Source: Escherichia phage ECBP2
Sequence record: NC_018859.1
DNA: 64,000 nt
Strand: one strand, 5' to 3'
The notes beneath the pieces are model-generated. The model was given only the letters and a program-made list of their open reading frames with translations, did no database searches and was not told the origin of the DNA. The translations under genes were made by a program, and so were the position numbers. Positions 53,715-60,763 of the stretch are shown piece after piece. Position 1 is the stretch's first letter. The number at the start of each line of letters is the position of its first letter.

Positions 53715-54041
53715 TCACCACTCCTTACCTGTTGTTGTCACAGAGCCACCACACAGCTCACCACGGGAGATGAAGTCATAACGTGACCAATCACCTTGGG
53801 TAGCCATATCACGCTTTGCATAAGCCTTCTCGTCAACAGCACCGCCATTGGAACAAGAAGCACCAGCATAACGCATATCAATTTCACCACTAGGAATCTT
53901 CTCCCCGCTGTGCCAACGGGAAACACAGACACCTTCTACCGATAATGCACACCATCCATCAGGACGATGCTGTACGCAGCCTGTAAGAGCTACACAGGCG
54001 ATAAAGATACAGGTTAAGGTAATTACACCACCCCAGCTCAT
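53715..54041 (-). CDS. Lipoprotein, Cys-rich
   Basis: Signal peptide with lipobox LTGC. Confidence 0.55.
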   Translation of the reverse strand: MSWGGVITLTCIFIACVALTGCVQHRPDGWCALSVEGVCVSRWHSGEKIPSGEIDMRYAGASCSNGGAVDEKAYAKRDMATQGDWSRYDFISRGELCGGSVTTTGKEW

Positions 54042-54178
54042 GATCCCTCCTGAAGCGCCTTACGGCGGCTATCTCGCCAAGCCATCCAAGTGTAGATTTT
54101 GAGTTCTTCTCTTTCTTCTTCACTGAACAAACGAGGAGTGAAGATATCATCAAACCATTTATTAAACTCAGGGGTCAT
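54038..54178 (-). CDS. Hypothetical small protein (46 aa, below ORF-track cutoff)
   Basis: SD GGAGGG lies 4 nt before the ATG. The stop overlaps the next start (ATGA). Confidence 0.4.
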   Translation of the reverse strand: MTPEFNKWFDDIFTPRLFSEEEREELKIYTWMAWRDSRRKALQEGS

Positions 54179-54294
54179 ATACCCTCCTACGTTGATTGGT
54201 AGCCCCAAGATGCCGTATCTTATCCAACGACCCCATACAGACCTATAGGCTATTGTATGGCGCCGAAGGAGTACGCAAGCATCTTAGGGACATA
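54179..54294 (-). ncRNA. Candidate structured RNA immediately 3' of tRNA-Arg
   Basis: An 11-bp long-range stem CCCUAAGAUGC/GCAUCUUGGGG encloses a 7-bp hairpin CCAUACA...UGUAUGG. It shares GUAUGGGG(U/C)CG with spacer A. Confidence 0.3.
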
Positions 54295-54370
54295 TGGTGC
54301 ACCCTACAGGATTCGAACCTGTAACCAACGACTTAGAAGGTCGCTGCTCTATCCATTGAGCTAAGGGTGC
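54295..54370 (-). tRNA. tRNA-Arg(UCU): tRNA-Arg, anticodon UCU, CCA encoded
   Basis: Minus strand folds as a 76 nt cloverleaf: GCACCCT TA GCTC AATGGATA GAGC A GCGAC CTTCTAA GTCGT TGGTT ACAGG TTCGAAT CCTGT AGGGTGC ACCA. Confidence 0.9.
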
Positions 54371-54379
54371 TTGAATTGT

Positions 54380-54688
54380 TTATAAGGAGAAAGACTTCTT
54401 ACAATCCTTATCTTCAAAAGTGTAGTAGCCTGTTGTATCAGGGAAGTAGGCATACTTTGTTTCTTTGCCATCAGTAGCCATGACACGATTACCAGAAGTT
54501 GTTTCTACAAACAGAAGCCCATCTCTTACCATACCATTAGATTCTTTGATACCAGTTAAGCTATGCTCTTTAAGAGTGCATTGCTGAACACTCTGATACT
54601 TAACTCCAATCTCTGCACTATTAACAGAGATGATACCAATGGTTGTCATTAGTAGTAAGGTTGAGATGATAAAATGCTTTTGTTTCAC
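54380..54688 (-). CDS. Secreted protein
   Basis: GTG start after AGAGGT. Signal-like N-terminus HFIISTLLLMTTIGIISVNSA. Confidence 0.5.
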   Translation of the reverse strand: MKQKHFIISTLLLMTTIGIISVNSAEIGVKYQSVQQCTLKEHSLTGIKESNGMVRDGLLFVETTSGNRVMATDGKETKYAYFPDTTGYYTFEDKDCKKSFSL

Positions 54689-54706
54689 ATTAACCTCTGG
54701 ATTTAT

Positions 54707-54916
54707 TTAACTGAAGATACGCAAGGCCACATCGTGATAGATATGACCGGGGACTTTGTGCTGTTCTATTTTCAAACAGCGTTTACAGACACGAGATACA
54801 CGAGACTCTTTCGCTTCAACTGGAGTGTCTTTAGCGTGAGTGATATGTAAGTTTTCAGTGATCACCCACTCGTGTTTACATCCAGAATCTTCGGGCTTTT
54901 TCTTACGAAAGAACAT
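54707..54916 (-). CDS. Small zinc-ribbon protein, tandem paralogue 3
   Basis: CKHEW...VCKRCLK. SD AAGAGGTG. Confidence 0.45.
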   Translation of the reverse strand: MFFRKKKPEDSGCKHEWVITENLHITHAKDTPVEAKESRVSRVCKRCLKIEQHKVPGHIYHDVALRIFS

Positions 54917-54924
54917 AACACCTC

Positions 54925-55089
54925 TTAGATCAAATCTGTTTTCTTGTGCTTACCACACACTTTACAGCGGGAGTAGATACGCAACCCTTGCTGCTCTCCT
55001 CCAGCAATACGATGTGTAACCTTTAGTTCATAAGTAGAAAGATCTTCCCACTCATGGAAATGAAAGAAACGTTTGAACCATTTAATCAT
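54925..55089 (-). CDS. Small zinc-ribbon protein, tandem paralogue 2 (54 aa, below ORF-track cutoff)
   Basis: MIKWFKRFFHFHEW...RCKVCGK. Confidence 0.4.
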   Translation of the reverse strand: MIKWFKRFFHFHEWEDLSTYELKVTHRIAGGEQQGLRIYSRCKVCGKHKKTDLI

Positions 55090-55098
55090 AACGATTCC

Positions 55099-55245
55099 TT
55101 AGATTATGTCACGATGACTAACTTCACCACACACTTTACACTGGATATCGTAACGTACGCCCCTTGAATCTCCACAGATCAGCGGACGGGTGGCAATAAT
55201 CTTCCAATCATGACAATGAAAGACACGCTTTATCCACGTAATCAT
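55099..55245 (-). CDS. Small zinc-ribbon protein, tandem paralogue 1 (48 aa, below ORF-track cutoff)
   Basis: MITWIKRVFHCHDW...QCKVCGE. Confidence 0.4.
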   Translation of the reverse strand: MITWIKRVFHCHDWKIIATRPLICGDSRGVRYDIQCKVCGEVSHRDII

Positions 55246-55246
55246 A

Positions 55247-55504
55247 TTAAACACACGCCGGTAGTTCAATTAACTGAGGAGCACGACAAGGACCATCTTC
55301 ATACACACCAACCAACGTTGGCATGTAAGGCCCAGCGCACTGGTATTCGTCGAACAGTTCGTTATAGTTAGGCTTCCACTTCCAAGCCCACACATAACCC
55401 ATTCGATCAATGGCAATGTAACGAGTGTTCAGAGGAACCTGCATCATCACATCACCAACTGCTATTACTTTCGTAATAACTGCTGCTCGGAAATTTGTCT
55501 TCAT
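55247..55504 (-). CDS. Hypothetical small protein
   Basis: 85 aa. Confidence 0.5.
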   Translation of the reverse strand: MKTNFRAAVITKVIAVGDVMMQVPLNTRYIAIDRMGYVWAWKWKPNYNELFDEYQCAGPYMPTLVGVYEDGPCRAPQLIELPACV

Positions 55505-55752
55505 GGCGCTTTAATCTCAATCTGAACATTGACAACAAATACAGTATGGTTTGCACTGTACACCGAAGTGCCTATGATTGGCTTGTCATCACTGAGGATT
55601 TCAACAGCGTGTTCAAGGTTGATCTTCAGATGAAGACGCCCTGATTCCATGAAGAAATCACCAGCACGTATCTCACCGAACTTGGCTGGCACACCGATAG
55701 AGGGTATCAGTATGTCAGTGCGACCTTTACGGTCAAATAAACGATTAAACAT
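55501..55752 (-). CDS. Small protein of the GD.F family (4 of 7)
   Basis: FGEIRAGDFFMESG motif. SD AGAGAGG. Confidence 0.5.
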   Translation of the reverse strand: MFNRLFDRKGRTDILIPSIGVPAKFGEIRAGDFFMESGRLHLKINLEHAVEILSDDKPIIGTSVYSANHTVFVVNVQIEIKAP

Positions 55753-55795
55753 ATCAACCTCTCTTGTTAGTTTAAGTAAGAGTTATCCCTTAATT

Positions 55796-55826
55796 AAAAC
55801 AACAAAGGCCACCCCGAAGGGCAGCC
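55796..55826 (-). terminator. Rho-independent terminator
   Basis: Minus strand reads GGCTGCCC-TTCG-GGGTGGCC followed by TTTGTTGTTTT. Confidence 0.7.
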
Positions 55827-55831
55827 TCTTA

Positions 55832-56029
55832 TTAAGCACTACGCAGTTTGTTATTCAAGAAGCGATCTTCTGCATTATATAGGAATGCATAGAATAATTC
55901 TTTTGCTACATCCCGATCGCAATTGAGACATTTAGAAACCTGTAACAACAGGCCATCGCGACTGTTAGGATGGTCAATTATCGCAAGACGAATAATCTCA
56001 CGGATACCAACATCATGCTCAGCCGCCAT
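55832..56029 (-). CDS. Hypothetical small protein
   Basis: Start MAAEHD overlaps the stop of the upstream micro-ORF. Confidence 0.45.
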   Translation of the reverse strand: MAAEHDVGIREIIRLAIIDHPNSRDGLLLQVSKCLNCDRDVAKELFYAFLYNAEDRFLNNKLRSA

Positions 56030-56159
56030 AGAACCAATCACCTTGACGCTTACGGATGTTAGTGGTCAGACGAAGCATGGCAGACTCAATCTTCAGAGCA
56101 CCATTTGCTACTGCATCCATACGTTCAGGACGGTTCATACGTTTGGTTGTCTTTTTCAT
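56019..56159 (-). CDS. Hypothetical basic micro-protein (46 aa)
   Basis: Reads MKKTTKRMNRPERMD... Below the ORF-track cutoff. Weak SD. Confidence 0.3.
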   Translation of the reverse strand: MKKTTKRMNRPERMDAVANGALKIESAMLRLTTNIRKRQGDWFYGG

Positions 56160-56197
56160 AACGTTCTCTCTTTGTTAATGGAGGCAGGATTGCCAGT

Positions 56198-56232
56198 TAA
56201 TATAAAGGGAAGCCCTACACGTTAAGGCTTCC
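56198..56232 (-). terminator. Terminator-like hairpin inside spacer B
   Basis: Minus strand reads GGAAGCC-11 nt-GGCTTCC followed by CTTTATATT. Confidence 0.5.
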
Positions 56233-56462
56233 GCTTGTACAAACTGTCGAGAACTCTCTACCCCTAGATTGTTCTCTATCCCAAACCGATACATACCCCT
56301 ACATATCGGAATGCCATTCGAAAATTAAACAGGTTTTAGTCTATCACCGGATGTTTGAGACAAGTCTCGCCCTAGCGGTGAGCCATATGGCATTGAGATT
56401 ATAGTTAATTGAGGAACATCCTCACATAGCCCTCTGATAAACACAAGGGCTATAAGTCGATG
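56233..56462 (-). ncRNA. Candidate structured RNA element, copy B (homologous to 50617..50812)
   Basis: Same order of parts as copy A: post-stop hairpin ATAGCCCT/AGGGCTAT, TATAAT box, covarying nested stem. It has two further hairpins with UAGGGGUA loops, then a terminator-like hairpin. Confidence 0.35.
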
Positions 56463-56687
56463 TTACTTATTAGTTAGTCGAACGTTAGGCACAAGTTTAA
56501 CTGCTGCTGTTTTCATCTCTCCAATGACCTTACCGGTAGAGAGATTAACAAAATAAGCAGTGACTTCACCACCACAAGCTGTACGCATATAATAACTGCT
56601 TCCAGTTCTGTCAAACTGAAAAACGTCTCCCGGCTTTACATCACCAAGAGTTGTGACGCTTTGCTTTTTATCAATATCAATCTTCAT
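56463..56687 (-). CDS. Small protein of the GD.F family (5 of 7)
   Basis: LGDVKPGDVFQFD motif. Confidence 0.55.
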   Translation of the reverse strand: MKIDIDKKQSVTTLGDVKPGDVFQFDRTGSSYYMRTACGGEVTAYFVNLSTGKVIGEMKTAAVKLVPNVRLTNK

Positions 56688-56918
56688 TTAACCACCAATA
56701 TTCGTTACTTGTACATTAGGTACAGAGATAACTTCATGATCTTCAGGTATCTGGAACAAAGTCCCCTGACCAAGACCAACGACACGGCGCATACCCTGCA
56801 CATAGGTGTCTGTCTTTAGGTAGAGGTGTTCAGTGTTATTTTGTAATCGGAATACGTCACCCGGACGTAGATCGCTGAGCTTTTTAGTAACAACTAAAGA
56901 TGGGAGATTAATTTTCAT
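56688..56918 (-). CDS. Small protein of the GD.F family (6 of 7)
   Basis: LSDLRPGDVFRLQ motif. Confidence 0.55.
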   Translation of the reverse strand: MKINLPSLVVTKKLSDLRPGDVFRLQNNTEHLYLKTDTYVQGMRRVVGLGQGTLFQIPEDHEVISVPNVQVTNIGG

Positions 56919-57157
56919 TACTTACTCTCGATAGCAATTTTGTATTCATACTTAGAGACTTCAGCGTCCGCAGAAACCTTAAGTATATCAGAGGTGTTGT
57001 TTAATTGCATTGCCGATGAATATTGAGATGATACCTTCATCCAGAAAAAGGTGTCACCATCGGGGTTTTGAAACTTGAAGATGTCCCCATTAGAGAGGTC
57101 ACCGAAAGTTAACTTATTTTGTTTAGGCTTGGGGATGATTTCGAAATTCATTTTCAT
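56918..57157 (-). CDS. Small protein of the GD.F family (7 of 7)
   Basis: FGDLSNGDIFKFQ motif. Confidence 0.55.
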   Translation of the reverse strand: MKMNFEIIPKPKQNKLTFGDLSNGDIFKFQNPDGDTFFWMKVSSQYSSAMQLNNTSDILKVSADAEVSKYEYKIAIESK

Positions 57158-57330
57158 TTGATTAACACCAAATCAGTACGACGTTCGAAGGAAGGGGAAG
57201 ACTCACCATTCCACTGAACAAGATAACAGAGAACACCATCAATTATTGTTCTCTGACGAATAACACCTGTAATAGTTCCACCAACAAGGCGAACGGTGTC
57301 GCCAATGGTAATTTTAACCTTTGAGCGCAT
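57154..57330 (-). CDS. Small SH3/KOW-like protein
   Basis: Start set at MRSKVKITIGDTVRL, after the upstream gene. Confidence 0.4.
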   Translation of the reverse strand: MRSKVKITIGDTVRLVGGTITGVIRQRTIIDGVLCYLVQWNGESSPSFERRTDLVLIK

Positions 57331-57619
57331 CTCCTGTTTCCTCATTCTGGCGTTTAATTTCTTCAGTGAGTTGCTTATTGAGATCTTGAATACGCTTAAT
57401 CTCCCAACCCAAAGAAGCCAAACGATCATTACGTGCTTCGATTTGCTCCTGCATCTTTGCCAGCTTAAGTCGAGTAGCATCATTAAAGTCTTCCTCTAGC
57501 TTAAGAAGGAACTCGTAACAACGCTTCCAGCTTGCTGATTTATTTCTTAAAATAATAAATCCTAGAGTAGAAATCGTTACAGTGAGTACGAAAAGAAATT
57601 TATAAACCTCTAAAGTCAT
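57314..57619 (-). CDS. Membrane-anchored coiled-coil protein
   Basis: N-terminal TM FLFVLTVTISTLGFIIL followed by a charged helix. SD AAGAGGA. Confidence 0.5.
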   Translation of the reverse strand: MTLEVYKFLFVLTVTISTLGFIILRNKSASWKRCYEFLLKLEEDFNDATRLKLAKMQEQIEARNDRLASLGWEIKRIQDLNKQLTEEIKRQNEETGDALKG

Positions 57620-57820
57620 ATCTTTATCCTCTTAAAGTAAGATATTATAAGAAATATTATTTAGAATTTATTATTTCTAAACTTAATTTCTATCAATAAT
57701 TTTCAGAGGTCTATATACAGTCATTACCTCTGGTTCCGAATCACTACCACTTTTTGCAGAGAAAATCATAAGTAGGTGATTTATAAAGGAATTTAGTTTG
57801 CCAATCTTGGCACCTATGAA

Positions 57821-58207
57821 TCAGTCACGGGCACTATTATTGAACACTAAATCACCACAATACATAGGATTGGTATACCACTTTGGCACCCCTTCACTCT
57901 TACTTTGAAAGTGTGTACCGCTGTACAAAGGCACATAATCTTTCTTCAGTGCACGTCTTGCAAGCCGCTCGCTCTCTCTGATTGACTTCTTAGTCAGAGG
58001 GTTATCATCACGAATCAGCTTTACATAACGCTTAAAAGGTTTCTCCTTCTTTAATAAGACGGGTATCCACTCGAACTGGTTTCGTTGGTTTATAACCTGC
58101 TCGGCAGTCAGTTTTCGTTGTGACATTCTGTTTATTACGGTATCCGCTACTAATGCTTTGCAAGCGGTTGGCTGATTCCCTGCCTCATAATAAATAGTCA
58201 ATGTCAA
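57821..58207 (-). CDS. Cell-wall hydrolase, SleB-like; start uncertain
   Basis: YYEAGNQPTACKALVADTVINRMS...NQFEW resembles the SleB/CwlJ hydrolase core (EA..Q....AVA.V..NR). Confidence 0.5.
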   Translation of the reverse strand: MTLTIYYEAGNQPTACKALVADTVINRMSQRKLTAEQVINQRNQFEWIPVLLKKEKPFKRYVKLIRDDNPLTKKSIRESERLARRALKKDYVPLYSGTHFQSKSEGVPKWYTNPMYCGDLVFNNSARD

Positions 58208-58258
58208 AAGTAGCTGGGCTGTCGTTATCAGAACTTACTACCCCCTTGTTTTACGGGC

Positions 58259-58286
58259 ATAAAAAAGCCCCATCCGAAGACGGGGC
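58259..58286 (-). terminator. Strong rho-independent terminator
   Basis: Minus strand reads GCCCCGTC-TTCG-GATGGGGC followed by TTTTTTAT. Confidence 0.8.
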
Positions 58287-58339
58287 GACCTGAAAGAGTG
58301 AACATGACCTCACTCATTTAAGAATCCTCGCAAAGACTC

Positions 58340-58495
58340 TTAAAAAAGCGGCCTCGTTAAAGGCCCGGTCAAATGACCATCCAATAGGGATTGAACCATG
58401 CCAATGATTCACAAAGGGAGTTCCCTTTAGGCATCACTAGCTACGCAAAAAGCCGCACAAAGGCGGCAGACACAAAGACGCTCAAGAAGAGCGTC
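58340..58495 (-). terminator. Cluster of three further terminator-like hairpins
   Basis: Minus strand has three hairpins: GACGCTC-TTCTT-GAGCGTC + TTTGTGT; GCCGC-CTTTGT-GCGGC + TTTTTG; GGCCT-TTAACG-AGGCC + GCTTTTTT. Confidence 0.5.
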
Positions 58496-58527
58496 ATAGT
58501 AGTTGACTACTGGTACAGAGAAGAGGC

Positions 58528-58971
58528 TTACTTCACTCTCGCTTCCTTGATGGGGTCAATGTATTTTTCAACTCCCCATTTATGCTGACTATCAGCGTAG
58601 AAAACATCCGGTGCACACTGGCTTGTCTTAGGGAAAGCCTGCGGGTCTTTCGTGCTACCCTTAAACTTCTGTTTACCACGGGTGCGACCATTACAGAAGA
58701 TTTCTAACTTCTTCTCTTCTTCGGTTTTAGCTCCCCCGCTCTGTAACAAAGAACGTTTATGATCAGCTAACAACAACGCATCAGCACGATGGACACGATG
58801 GCCTACACGTTTTGCCACACTGGAAGGAACATGGGATTCAGCCTCAGCCTTTGCAGCACGACGTTTTAAACTGCGCTTACTGACGTGATTGGTTGCCTTC
58901 GACTTCTCTTTCTCCAGTTCAGAGATAGAAAAACAACGCCCGCCCTTCATGCTGATTTTAGATTTAGCCAC
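58528..58971 (-). CDS. Basic protein
   Basis: GTG start after AAAGGAA. K/R-rich, 147 aa. Confidence 0.5.
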   Translation of the reverse strand: MAKSKISMKGGRCFSISELEKEKSKATNHVSKRSLKRRAAKAEAESHVPSSVAKRVGHRVHRADALLLADHKRSLLQSGGAKTEEEKKLEIFCNGRTRGKQKFKGSTKDPQAFPKTSQCAPDVFYADSQHKWGVEKYIDPIKEARVK

Positions 58972-59040
58972 AATCTTATTCCTTTTAGTGATAAGTTATA
59001 TCGGGCAAGCCCATCAAGGCGATAGGCTTGAACAAATAAC

Positions 59041-59250
59041 TTAATCAAGTAAACCGAATGACTTCCAACTGCGTAGCAGGATTGTACCGTCATCCATAGT
59101 TACACATAATTTTAGTAGTTTCTTATTGGCACTACTCACCGTTGTAATTCTTCCGGTTGTGCATTTACCTTTATTGCTGTAAAGATATACAACACGACGG
59201 CCTAACAGTCGGGAAGGAGCTTTCTTAAATTCTGAGATGTTAGTGATCAT
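59041..59250 (-). CDS. Hypothetical small protein
   Basis: 69 aa. Confidence 0.45.
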   Translation of the reverse strand: MITNISEFKKAPSRLLGRRVVYLYSNKGKCTTGRITTVSSANKKLLKLCVTMDDGTILLRSWKSFGLLD

Positions 59251-59471
59251 AATGCTTGATACCTTTGAATGTGTTCAATACGGGTAGATTGAGCAAAGGA
59301 CGCTTTAACAGCCATTTTCCTAACTTCTTCTTTACGCTGATTGGTGTGTACAGTATCCCAATGGTTGTTATCACGTTGGCGCTGTAATATCTTACTGCAT
59401 TTGCGATGGTTTCCCGTGCTGCGATGTTTCTCACAAATAGGACACTTGCCAAAATTGCTACTGAATATCAT
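59247..59471 (-). CDS. Small zinc-finger protein
   Basis: CPICEKH...H..C. Confidence 0.45.
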   Translation of the reverse strand: MIFSSNFGKCPICEKHRSTGNHRKCSKILQRQRDNNHWDTVHTNQRKEEVRKMAVKASFAQSTRIEHIQRYQAL

Positions 59472-59692
59472 TTTCTCAATCCCAACTTTCTTAAGATACG
59501 GCCTAACGTTGTTTCTTGCGTGATAATATAGCTGATCGCTTCACGTTCCAACGTTTCGATCTTCATTGGCGACGGATACCATTCACCGGTAATCACACAT
59601 TTACACTCAACGCCATACTTTTTAGATAGGCGGTAATGTTGACCGTTGACAAGGTTTCTATAAATCGTGGTATGCGTAATTAACATGATCAT
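59468..59692 (-). CDS. Hypothetical small protein
   Basis: ATG at 59692 follows AAAGGTG. Confidence 0.45.
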   Translation of the reverse strand: MIMLITHTTIYRNLVNGQHYRLSKKYGVECKCVITGEWYPSPMKIETLEREAISYIITQETTLGRILRKLGLRK

Positions 59693-59713
59693 CACCTTTG
59701 ATTAAATTCTTTG

Positions 59714-59739
59714 ATTAATGCACTGAATCAATGCACTGA
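59714..59739. repeat. Tandem 13-bp direct repeat AT(T/C)AATGCACTGA x2
   Basis: Lies between the terminator at 59741..59773 and the start of 59468..59692. Confidence 0.6.
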
Positions 59740-59740
59740 T

Positions 59741-59773
59741 AAAAGAAAAGGCGCTACCCGTTAAGATAGCGCC
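59741..59773 (-). terminator. Rho-independent terminator
   Basis: Minus strand reads GGCGCTA-10 nt-TAGCGCC followed by TTTTCTTTT. Confidence 0.7.
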
Positions 59774-59797
59774 TTATGTTTATTCAAATTGTCTTAC

Positions 59798-60697
59798 TTA
59801 TGCTGCCTGACGTGCTGCCATAATCTCAGCCGCTTTACGCAATACTTCTTCCTCTTCTTCTTTCGCAGCTTGTTCGGTACGGGTAGCAACCGTTGAAGAG
59901 ATACGACCGCGCAGGCTTTCTAACTTCTCCTGCATTTTGGCAATGGTGGATTCCATTTCATCGGCATACGAATCCAGTGATTCCAGTTCCTTGCTTGATG
60001 CGTTCATCAGATAATCATCAGAGATCGCTACCGTTGAAGCCGTGACTTTCTTGATGAGTGAGTCAAAAGACTTCTTAACCTTGCCTACTTCTTCACTCAG
60101 GGCAATAGTATTATCACTGGTAGCGCCGTTACGTTCATCAGCCAATAATTTTGCTTCAATACGGATTGCATTTAAGCGTTCAACCAAAGCGTAAATATCT
60201 TGGTTAAAATCTTCCTTGTTTTTCGCCGGGATTTGCAGGTGTGCCGCCACGTTGTCATTGCAACCCTTGTAAAAGTTAGGGTTATCTACTTCAATTTCAC
60301 GACCTAACGCAAAGTTTTCGAAAGCGTTCGACCAGCGAGCGCGATTCTGTTCCATTTTGGCCTTAATTTGCGCTTCTTTCGCATCTTCTTTCGCTTTCGC
60401 TTCACCTTCCAGATTAATCCACTTTTTACGACCGTTTGCCGCATCGGTGTTAAACTTGACAGGAGTCAGGAAAGTGATTGCAGTGGCGATCACATCCATA
60501 TCACGAAAACGCTCGGTTAACAGAAAATCGACCGCCGCCTGCAATACGTCTAACTTTTTACCGTTGCTGCGGAAGTGCTGCAAATGACCTAACAGAAAAT
60601 TAGAAACATCTTGCTTAATCGCCGCGTTATTGCTACGAATGTTGTTAGCCAGTGCGTTAAAACCAGACTCTTTTACCAGATTAAAAATTTTAGCCAT
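59798..60697 (-). CDS. First gene downstream of the promoter region: acidic coiled-coil protein
   Basis: ATG at 60697 follows AAAGGTGA. 299 aa; the C-terminal half is helical and E/K/A-rich. Confidence 0.55.
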   Translation of the reverse strand: MAKIFNLVKESGFNALANNIRSNNAAIKQDVSNFLLGHLQHFRSNGKKLDVLQAAVDFLLTERFRDMDVIATAITFLTPVKFNTDAANGRKKWINLEGEAKAKEDAKEAQIKAKMEQNRARWSNAFENFALGREIEVDNPNFYKGCNDNVAAHLQIPAKNKEDFNQDIYALVERLNAIRIEAKLLADERNGATSDNTIALSEEVGKVKKSFDSLIKKVTASTVAISDDYLMNASSKELESLDSYADEMESTIAKMQEKLESLRGRISSTVATRTEQAAKEEEEEVLRKAAEIMAARQAA

Positions 60698-60763
60698 GAT
60701 ATTCACCTTTCAATTGTAAGGGCACTATGCCCCGCTCTCTATGAGCTTTTTAAGTCGCCATTG

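Noticed and set aside
53959-54153. 64-aa ORF from the track in the gap upstream of the lipoprotein gene
   Set aside because: A different frame (54038..54178) has a strong GGAGGG SD and an ATGA overlap with the next gene, which fits the coupling pattern. The 53959..54153 frame has neither.
58387-58397. GGTTCAATCCC (minus strand), a T-loop-like sequence suggesting a second tRNA
   Set aside because: The flanking bases do not form a T-stem, acceptor stem or anticodon arm, so no cloverleaf can be drawn. At most it is a decayed remnant.
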